Assembly: GCA_016932385.1 (NCBI GenBank)
Contig: JAFGCY010000095.1
Span: 59,306 to 123,305, forward strand
Direction: 5' to 3'
DNA length: 64,000 nt
DNA from: a bacterium
GTDB taxonomy: Bacteria > 4484-113 > JAFGCY01
Under the pieces are notes generated by a model. It did not search any database. It was given only the letters and a program-made list of their open reading frames with translations, and was not told where the DNA came from. Numbering within the stretch: the first letter of the stretch is position 1; the number at the start of each line of letters is the position of its first letter. This document shows, one piece after another, positions 45,384-56,618 of the stretch. The position numbers were made by a program, and so were the translations under genes.

Positions 45384-46981
45384 CAGCTGATCCGCCCCTG
45401 CTCGATCCAGGTCTGGACGAATTTCAGGTTGGCCGTGCGGATATCCTCGGGGACGCTTTGGCCGATTGTGAAGTAGCTGATCGGCAACGGGCAGTGCTTG
45501 ACCAGGTTGAACAGCGTTCCCAGGCTGCGCGTTTCGTCCAGCTTGGTGACGATGACATGGTCGTAGGAAAGAGGCTCGAAGTCCTGCAATAACATGCGCA
45601 GGTCATCGCCCTTGGTACTGGCGGAGATCACCAGGTGCACTTCGTCCGGCGGGTGCGCGTTGAAAATCTCGCGCAGCTGATAAATCTGCTTCGTATTCGT
45701 CGGCGCGCGCCCGGCCGTGTCGATCAGCACCAGGTCGTTTTGCCGGCGCTCGGTCAGCACCTGGTCGAATTCCTCGTGGCCAAAGACTATGTCGATTTCG
45801 ATCCCCATGATCTCCGCATAGGTCCTGAGTTGCTCGGCGGCGGCGATGCGGTAGTTGTCCAGACTGACCAGGCAGACGCGCTTGCCATGCTGGAAGGCGA
45901 ACTGGGCTGCCAGCTTGGCGATGGTCGTCGTCTTGCCGACGCCAGTGGCGCCGACCAGGGCCACGGCTTTGCCCGGCGGGGTGGAGCCCAGCTTGATCCC
46001 ACCGCTGAGGAGTACGTTGCGGCAGATGTTATTGCCAATCGCCTTGAGCAGGCTGTCGCGATCGACCTCGGCCTGCTCGTCAAAACCGGCCAGCGCCGTG
46101 TTGATCAGGTCCAGGGCATCGAAAGCGCCGATGTTCCAGTCCAGCAAGCGGTCATAGACCTGTTTCTGTACATCCGGTAACGTCAGGCTCGGATCGAGCG
46201 CCACCGGATCAACCACGCTGCCTGGCGACATCGTGCGCCCAGACGAGGGTAGGTGCGAGACCGTATCGACCACGTCCAGCGGCTTGTAGCCGGGCAGGGT
46301 CATCACGTCGGGTTTGGCTGGGGCCGTATCGCGATCGGCGTCGGATTCCGTCGCCAACTGTTTGATGGTCAGCAGTTGGATCGTGTCGCGCAATTCGCTG
46401 ATCGTGGCCCTTAGCTCGTGGATTTCCTCGGCGGTCGAATCGCCGTTCTGCCCGCTCGCGGCAATTGATTCCTTGATCGGGGGCAGCGGCGCTTGTTGGG
46501 GAATCGACTGAACGGGTTCCCTGGTCGGCTCAGGTTCCGCCATGGGTGGTTCCGCCGGAACCGGCGGGGCCACCCGCAGCGGCTGTTCGGCGTCGGCCAT
46601 CCCCTGCGCGTCCGCATAGATCCTGGCTTCCGCCGACGGATGCGGCGGAACTGAGATCTCCGCGTCCGCGCTGATGTCGACATGCTGGGCGGCGGCAAGC
46701 TGTGCCTGTGGCTCAGGTTCCGGGTCGAGGGGGGCGGTGGTGGCAGGTTCCGTTGGCTTGGGGATCCGCACGGCGGCGGGTGTTACCGGCTTCTGGCCAT
46801 CAACCTGCAGGATCGCGACCACCTCGATCATGCGCTCGCCACCGAATAGCCCGAGGAAACGCCGCCGCCGGAATTCGCGGGTTTCCAGCTCGGCGTCCGG
46901 GCCCATCTCTTCTTCGATGCGGGCAAGCAGCCTGTCGAGTTCGACGAGCGGGGCCTCATAGCGTTTGATGCGTGTTGCCAT
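45383..46981 (-). CDS. flhF: Flagellar biosynthesis SRP-type GTPase FlhF.
   Basis: The G-domain has VALVGATGVGKTTTIAKLAA, then LVSLDNYRIAAAEQLRTYAEIMGI and DLVLIDTAGR. A long Pro/Glu/Ala-rich linker follows the N-terminal B domain. Confidence 0.85.
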   Translation of the reverse strand: MATRIKRYEAPLVELDRLLARIEEEMGPDAELETREFRRRRFLGLFGGERMIEVVAILQVDGQKPVTPAAVRIPKPTEPATTAPLDPEPEPQAQLAAAQHVDISADAEISVPPHPSAEARIYADAQGMADAEQPLRVAPPVPAEPPMAEPEPTREPVQSIPQQAPLPPIKESIAASGQNGDSTAEEIHELRATISELRDTIQLLTIKQLATESDADRDTAPAKPDVMTLPGYKPLDVVDTVSHLPSSGRTMSPGSVVDPVALDPSLTLPDVQKQVYDRLLDWNIGAFDALDLINTALAGFDEQAEVDRDSLLKAIGNNICRNVLLSGGIKLGSTPPGKAVALVGATGVGKTTTIAKLAAQFAFQHGKRVCLVSLDNYRIAAAEQLRTYAEIMGIEIDIVFGHEEFDQVLTERRQNDLVLIDTAGRAPTNTKQIYQLREIFNAHPPDEVHLVISASTKGDDLRMLLQDFEPLSYDHVIVTKLDETRSLGTLFNLVKHCPLPISYFTIGQSVPEDIRTANLKFVQTWIEQGRIS

Positions 46982-47007
46982 TGGCGGTTCCCTCTATCGA
47001 CCTGCTT

Positions 47008-49182
47008 CTATTCCTCACCTTCCTTTTTCGTACCCTCTGGATCCATGATTGTAGCGATAGTTCTGATATCGATCTCGCCAACAATTTCACCATAGCTCAG
47101 CATGACCAGTCCCGGGAAGACCTTAGCCAGAATCTTCCGCAAATACGGGCGCACCCGCGGGCTGACCAGGAAAATCGGCGTCAGGCCCTTGGCGATCGCC
47201 GCCTGGACATGCCTGGTGCAGGAACCGACCAGTTCGCGCAGGTACTTCGGCGCTAGCACCGGAATGGTTCCCGTGGTGGTCTGCTGCAGGCTGCTGGCGA
47301 CTCTTTCCTCTACGCGCGGATCGACCGTCAGCACCGTCAGCTTGCCTTCGTCGTCCAAGTAGTCGGCGATGATCTGGCGCCCCAGGTTGATCCGAACGTA
47401 TTCCGTCAGGATCTCGGGATCCTTGCTTAAGCCGGCGTTGTCGCCCAGGGTTTCCAGGATCACCGGCAGGTTGCGGATGCTGACCTTTTCGCTCAACAAC
47501 AGCTGTAGCACACGCTGGATATCGCCGACGCTGAGCTTGTCCGGCACGAGATCACTGACCACCGCGGGGTATTTGCCCTTGATCATATCGATCAGCTCCT
47601 GCACGGCCTGGCGGCTGAGCAGTTCCGCGGCATTGTTGCGGATCACTTCGGTCAGGTGGGTGGCGAGCACGGTGGCCGGATCGACGACGGTGAATCCCTC
47701 CGTTTCGGCGCGGGTCCGGTCTTCGGTGCTGATCCAGAGCGCGGACAAGCCGAAGGCGGGTTCCTGGACCTCGATACCCTCGATTTGTGTATCCGCACCC
47801 AGGGGATTCATCGCCAGGTAGCGGTCCAGCATCAACTCGCCTTTGGCGACGACGCTGCCCTTGATCTTGACGTGATACTCGCCGGGTTTGAGCACGATGT
47901 TATCGCGAATCCGCATCGGCGGCACGATGAAGCCCAGGCTGATCGCCACCTGCTTGCGAATATTGTTGACGCGCTCCAGCAGGTCGCCGCCCTGATTTTT
48001 ATCAACCAGCGGGATCAACCCGTAGCCGATCTCCAACTCCAGCAGGTCGACGCTGAGCAGCTGTTCCAGGTTGCGCCGGGCTTCTTCCTCCGGTGACAGC
48101 CGTTCGACGGGCTCACCCGGCGCGCCCGGTCCACCCGCAGCACCCGGCAGCGCTCCTTCGGGCAGTCCGGCGACCTGGTCAGCCAATTCGCTGCGCCGCT
48201 GCGACCAGGCCAGGAAGCCCAATACCGCGCAGGAGCTCCAGATGAACAGCTTTGGCATGCCGGGCACCAGGCTGATCACGAACAAAAACGCGGCGCTAAT
48301 CGCCAGCGCCCGCCACTGCGAAGTCAGCTGTGTGATCACGGACAGGCCGACGGTCTCGTCGGTAGCGGCCTTGGTGACCATGATGCCCGTGGCGGTGGAG
48401 ATCAGCAGGGCCGGGATATTGGCGACCAATCCGTCACCCACCGTCAGGTTGGTGAATGTCGTCAGGGCTTCGCCGGCGGCCATGCCCTTTTGCAGCATGC
48501 CGACCGCGAAGCCGGCGCCGATGTTGACGATGATCAGGATGATGCCCGCCATCGCGTCACGTTGGACGAAGCGGCTGGCACCGTCCATTGCGCCGAAGTA
48601 GTCCGCTTCGCGCTCCAGCTGCCGCCGGCGCTGGCGGGCCTGCTCTTCATTGATGATCCCGGCGTTGAGATCGGCGTCGATGCTGATCTGCTTGCCGGGC
48701 AAGGCGTCCAGGGTGAAACGTGCCGCCACCTCACCGATGCGCTGGGCGCCGTAGGTGATAACAACAAAGTTGATCACCACGATGATGATGAAGATCACCA
48801 GCCCGACAACGGGATTGCTGCCGGTCACGAAGGTGGCGAAAGTGTTGATCACGTGGCCGGCGTTGGCGTTGCTGAGGATCGACCGCGTGGTGGCGACATT
48901 GAGAAACAGGCGGTAGATCGTGGTAAACAGAATGACCGTCGGGAAGATCGAAAAGTCCAGCGGGGCGCGGACGTACATCGTAGTCAGAATGATCAGGACG
49001 CCGGTGATCAGGCTGAAAATCACGAACAGGTCGAGGATGCCGGGCGCGAACGGGATAACCAGCATCAGCACCGCGGCCAGCACCAGGAAGGGAATCAGCG
49101 CCTCCATCTGCTCGCGCCTGAGCGTCAACCGCCCTAACAGGCCCAGTGCACCGGTGCTTGCCCGTTGTTGCTGAACAGCCAT
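47008..49182 (-). CDS. flhA: Flagellar type III export apparatus protein FlhA.
   Basis: 724 aa. N-terminal TM region LVLAAVLMLVIPFAPGILDLFVIFSL... FHIPVTL-like export-gate blocks and a cytoplasmic domain GIPLVDKNQGGDLLERVNNIRKQVA are present. Confidence 0.9.
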   Translation of the reverse strand: MAVQQQRASTGALGLLGRLTLRREQMEALIPFLVLAAVLMLVIPFAPGILDLFVIFSLITGVLIILTTMYVRAPLDFSIFPTVILFTTIYRLFLNVATTRSILSNANAGHVINTFATFVTGSNPVVGLVIFIIIVVINFVVITYGAQRIGEVAARFTLDALPGKQISIDADLNAGIINEEQARQRRRQLEREADYFGAMDGASRFVQRDAMAGIILIIVNIGAGFAVGMLQKGMAAGEALTTFTNLTVGDGLVANIPALLISTATGIMVTKAATDETVGLSVITQLTSQWRALAISAAFLFVISLVPGMPKLFIWSSCAVLGFLAWSQRRSELADQVAGLPEGALPGAAGGPGAPGEPVERLSPEEEARRNLEQLLSVDLLELEIGYGLIPLVDKNQGGDLLERVNNIRKQVAISLGFIVPPMRIRDNIVLKPGEYHVKIKGSVVAKGELMLDRYLAMNPLGADTQIEGIEVQEPAFGLSALWISTEDRTRAETEGFTVVDPATVLATHLTEVIRNNAAELLSRQAVQELIDMIKGKYPAVVSDLVPDKLSVGDIQRVLQLLLSEKVSIRNLPVILETLGDNAGLSKDPEILTEYVRINLGRQIIADYLDDEGKLTVLTVDPRVEERVASSLQQTTTGTIPVLAPKYLRELVGSCTRHVQAAIAKGLTPIFLVSPRVRPYLRKILAKVFPGLVMLSYGEIVGEIDIRTIATIMDPEGTKKEGEE

Positions 49183-49527
49183 CCGTCTTTCCGCGTTAAA
49201 TCAGGCGAACTACGTTCCAGCGCGGTCCGCATCGCAACAATACTCGTCTACAGCAACGTACCATAATTCGCGGCGCGTTGCTGCGCCCATTCACGCGCCG
49301 TAGGTCCGGCTGCGTTATCGCACCTTATTATTGCATACATTGTGGAAAACTATCCACAATATGTTGATAAGTGGAGTGCTGACGGCCGGGCTGGTTGAAT
49401 TATCCAGTATCCAGCTCGCCGGGCTATTTGGTGTGGGGATTAATAGGCCAAAAAAGAGGCGCCGGTGGGTCCACTTCCACCGGCGCCCAGTCGCTGTGAC
49501 GACCTATTATGTTCTACCCACAACAGC

Positions 49528-53160
<3,633 letters not shown>

Positions 53161-53267
53161 GTATGTACTCCTCTTCCATCTGGATAGGTTCGTTACACAG
53201 CCCACCGGATGACGCGACTCCGCCCGCGCGTTATGGCAGACTATTGCCCCACGTTTCAGACGTCTAA

Positions 53268-53296
53268 ATTATCCCCCCCGCGCCCAGGGCTGTCAA
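53268..53296 (-). promoter_or_regulatory. Sigma-70-type promoter for nifJ: TTGACA, a 17-nt spacer, then GATAAT.
   Basis: The minus-strand reading is cgaTTGACAgccctgggcgcgggggGATAATttag. The -35 lies at 53291-53296 and the -10 at 53268-53273, giving a leader of about 100 nt. An adjacent near-palindrome cgtattt..aaatacg lies upstream. Confidence 0.45.
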
Positions 53297-53401
53297 TCGT
53301 ATTTCCGCATATCCGAATACGATAACGTATTGGGAATGAGTCTCAATAGGTGGGGGCTGCCGGTGCCCGGGCAGGTTCAAAATAGCTGTTGTGAGTCGTG
53401 G

Positions 53402-54187
53402 TTATTGCTCGACGTACTTGCTTCTGACGGCTTCCAGTTGGGCGATGCCGAACAGGGCGTCGTCCTTGGTCTTGTCATCCTGCGCCTGCTCGCTGAATGC
53501 AGCGATCGCCTGCAGGTATTGCGCCTGGCCATCATCGTCACCGGCTCGCCATTGGGCCAGGCCCAGATAGCCCGTGCCGAGGATCACCGGGAATGTACCG
53601 GCGGCGGAGATATCCGTTGCTAGACCGGCATTGGCGGCATCCTTTCGCGCTAAATCCAGGCTCTGCTGGAAACTGTCGATCGCCGCCTGTTTCTTGCCCA
53701 GGCAGAATTCGTGGATGCCCTTGAGCCACCAGGCCATCGACAGCGGTCCCGCGGGCTTTTTCAGTTGTTCGCGCCAGCGCAGGCATTCCTCTCCGGCTTG
53801 CGCGCCGCGCAGGAAATGACGTACCTCGCGCGGCTGGTCGTCACCGGGCCAGCAATCCGCCAGGTCGGCTCCCAGGTTGAAGCTGATTACGTTGGCGGCG
53901 TCGATCCGCTTGTCCCTGGTCTCCGGGTCCTTGGTGCCTTCGGATTGACGGATCAACTCCGCGATACCCGCGTCGGCGACCTCGATCAATGCGTCGAAAC
54001 TCTTGCCCTGCCAGTCATCCATCGCCAGTCCCTGGCGGGCGAACATGAACAGCACGCGCCGTTCTAACTCGTCTTCGAACCCGAGAATAAATTCGCTAAC
54101 GGCCTTACCTCCGCCGGCTTCCGCGGCCGCTTTCATCGCCGGCCAGTGCGCGTTGTAAAACGCCGCCTGTTCGTCGTAAGTCTGCAT
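53402..54187 (-). CDS. Hypothetical protein.
   Basis: 261-aa ORF with GC-typical codon use. The sequence is helical and low in hydrophobicity. No domain recognised. Confidence 0.4.
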   Translation of the reverse strand: MQTYDEQAAFYNAHWPAMKAAAEAGGGKAVSEFILGFEDELERRVLFMFARQGLAMDDWQGKSFDALIEVADAGIAELIRQSEGTKDPETRDKRIDAANVISFNLGADLADCWPGDDQPREVRHFLRGAQAGEECLRWREQLKKPAGPLSMAWWLKGIHEFCLGKKQAAIDSFQQSLDLARKDAANAGLATDISAAGTFPVILGTGYLGLAQWRAGDDDGQAQYLQAIAAFSEQAQDDKTKDDALFGIAQLEAVRSKYVEQ

Positions 54188-54234
54188 GGATTACCTGCCT
54201 TAATAGCTGAGATTCAGGATCAGCGGAGTGGCAA

Positions 54235-54480
54235 CTATTCCACTACCTCATAGCGGTAACGGCGGGCGTAGCGTTGCTGCTGGACGCGGTTGTCGAACTC
54301 CGGATAGGCCGTGCCGAACTCGGGATAGAGCATGAAATTGAAGTGCTCGTCGCCGTCGCTCCAGACGAAAATACGGTCTTTGCCGTTGCGCGTCATGTCG
54401 TCGGCTTTCAGCACCGCAACCTCGTGCAACAGGTGCTCGTGCGCCTCGTCTTCCCAGTCGAATAAGCGGATTGCTTTCAT
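54235..54480 (-). CDS. Small hypothetical protein.
   Basis: 81 aa (MKAIRLFDWEDEAHEHLLHEVAVLKADDM...). It is the plausible first gene of a minus-strand unit upstream of nifJ. No domain recognised. Confidence 0.3.
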   Translation of the reverse strand: MKAIRLFDWEDEAHEHLLHEVAVLKADDMTRNGKDRIFVWSDGDEHFNFMLYPEFGTAYPEFDNRVQQQRYARRYRYEVVE

Positions 54481-54587
54481 GTGCCTTTCCTTCCGTTGCG
54501 TAGTAGTATATCAAGCAATCCAAGCCAGGTGGAACCCGGTGCTGCTGGCGCCGGTCGGAATGGCAGCCCGAACAGGCGGGAGTTGAA

Positions 54588-55340
54588 ATGAGCAAAGATC
54601 CGTGGAAGCGCGCGCATGATTTGCAGCGGCTCAAGCAAAGCCAGTTGCCGCCGGCGCCGGTCAGCCGGCAACCGGGTTATGAACCGCTGCCGCGCCGCGG
54701 TGTAAGCACCGGCGTGATCGCGCTGATCATCATCCTGGTCGTTCTGGCTGCGGGCGCCGCCGTGCTGTACTTTACGCGGGAGATCTGGTATCCCAAGGTC
54801 GACGACAAGCTGCCGCCGGCGGTCGCCGAAGTCGTGGAGGAAGTTGCGCCGCTGCCCGAGCGCACGGTCGATTGGCACGCTGTCGACAAGGGGCTGGGCG
54901 CCGACCTGCGCCTGTTCGGCGACTACCTGGATTTCGTCGGCGTGACCGGTGACTGGGGGACGGAGGTCACGTTGATCGCGACCGGCGAAGGCCGCTGGCG
55001 CTTAAGCGCGCCGGGGCTGTTGATCTACGTCCACGACGGCATGATCTGGACCTACGAACTGGAGCTGGCCAAGATCTACGGCGACGAGCGCTGGCGGAAG
55101 TGGTGGCCAGAACTGGAAAAGGCCGGCCTGACGATGGACCTGACCTGGGAGGACGTGACGGGCGATCCCAATCCGCCGCGCGGGGCGACGGAGTACCCGA
55201 TGCGCCGCGAGCCGGCTACGCGGCTCAAGGAAGGCTGGGCCTACCCCGTGTACATCCTGCACTTCAGCAACGGGCAGTTGGCCAGCGTGGAAGGCGGGAT
55301 CGACTTCGGCGTGACCGAGCAGGCGGACGCACCCAAGTAG
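54588..55340 (+). CDS. Single-pass membrane-anchored hypothetical protein.
   Basis: A charged N-terminus is followed by the TM helix VIALIIILVVLAAGAAVLYF and then a globular domain of about 180 aa. Confidence 0.4.
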   Translation: MSKDPWKRAHDLQRLKQSQLPPAPVSRQPGYEPLPRRGVSTGVIALIIILVVLAAGAAVLYFTREIWYPKVDDKLPPAVAEVVEEVAPLPERTVDWHAVDKGLGADLRLFGDYLDFVGVTGDWGTEVTLIATGEGRWRLSAPGLLIYVHDGMIWTYELELAKIYGDERWRKWWPELEKAGLTMDLTWEDVTGDPNPPRGATEYPMRREPATRLKEGWAYPVYILHFSNGQLASVEGGIDFGVTEQADAPK

Positions 55341-55382
55341 CCGGCAAGGCGAGTCCTGATCCGCGAAACTCTCGTTGCGGCT

Positions 55383-56279
55383 CTATTCAGCCGGCAGTAC
55401 GGTCAGTGTGAAGGACCGGCTGTCCTCGTTGATGTAATTGCGGATGTTGGCTGAGCAGCTGTAAATCCCGGGTTCGCCGGGCATGATGGTGATTTTCCGG
55501 TTGTTGAACCGATCCCAAGAAAGGAAATAGCCGGCGCCGCCCAGGTCCCACTCGACTTTGTACGGCTCGGAAGTGTCGACCACCAGCTCAATGGTTGTCT
55601 CCTGGCCGCTGACCACCTCGTCCGGTGTTACGGTTTGGATAATCGGGCCCCGTTCCGGCCCGATGTGGATGTAGCCAAACCCGGTGCTGTACGGGTAATA
55701 GGTGACCACCGCGCAGTACAGCAGGCCCGACTCATCGCAACGCGACTTCAGATCTGCCTCGACAATGTAATTGCCCGGCATCTCGAACCAGTCCCAACAT
55801 TGAGTGTTCATATTAGAGACGCCCAGCCACACGCCGGGCACTGTCTCGTCCTGGCCCACGATGCCGTCTCGGCCCAGCGAAACGTATTCATAGCCATCGT
55901 AATTGGATAGGTCGAATCCATAGATTGCGAAACCGCACTCAGGCGAGCCGGTGTCGGGATCCTGACCGGGATCGATGTAGATCATTGACTGATATGAGAA
56001 CCTGTCAGTCACAAGCTGGGCGTACATCGGAAAATCAATCCCGCTGCCCATCAAGTATTCGTTGGCCACATAGCCCAGGCCGTACTCGTCCGGCCCTGAG
56101 AGCGGGAAAAGCGCGGCCAGTTTGGTCGGGTCGTCAGGGAACTGAACTTCGTTTTCGGCGGGAACGACTCCTTCATCTGTATTGCTAATGATGCCGGAGC
56201 CCTGGCAACCGCCCGCGATAACGAGCAGAATGGAGATAACCGCGAAAATCGAACCTAACCGGTAGACGTTCCGTAACAT
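55383..56279 (-). CDS. Lipoprotein, hypothetical (with an Ig/PKD-like C-terminus).
   Basis: The Met at 56279 gives MLRNVYRLGSIFAVISILLVIAGGCQG, a lipobox. Confidence 0.45.
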   Translation of the reverse strand: MLRNVYRLGSIFAVISILLVIAGGCQGSGIISNTDEGVVPAENEVQFPDDPTKLAALFPLSGPDEYGLGYVANEYLMGSGIDFPMYAQLVTDRFSYQSMIYIDPGQDPDTGSPECGFAIYGFDLSNYDGYEYVSLGRDGIVGQDETVPGVWLGVSNMNTQCWDWFEMPGNYIVEADLKSRCDESGLLYCAVVTYYPYSTGFGYIHIGPERGPIIQTVTPDEVVSGQETTIELVVDTSEPYKVEWDLGGAGYFLSWDRFNNRKITIMPGEPGIYSCSANIRNYINEDSRSFTLTVLPAE

Positions 56280-56399
56280 CTCATGCTCCCACAAACAATA
56301 ATGCTAAAAACAATAAATCGAATCCGACAGACTCACATAATTCTAACGCAGGATTGCCGCGTTTGTACCGGCGTCAAATTACAATCACGGCACTGCTAA

Positions 56400-56618
56400 A
56401 AACTGATCGACCGATTGGGGCGGCGCGGGTATAATCAGGCATCATGCTCAACACAGGAGACAGGCGGCAGCGGCAAGCCCTGACACGGCGGGCGCGCGTC
56501 GCCCGGGCGGTCGTAGGCTGATCCACGCGCCGACCGATCCTTCCCGCAGACCGAGGCATCCGGCCCAGGCGTGGCTATAATGGGAAGCTGCAATTCCGGT
56601 GAGATGTGTTGAGTAATC
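56400..56618 (+). promoter_or_regulatory. Long GC-rich leader upstream of valS with two TATAAT boxes and a cgggcg-cgcgt-cgcccg hairpin; possible regulatory leader.
   Basis: gggTATAATcagg (about 56428) and ggcTATAATggg (about 56575). No annotated gene occupies the 325-nt gap. Minus-strand ORFs in the gap are arginine-rich GC artefacts. Confidence 0.25.
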
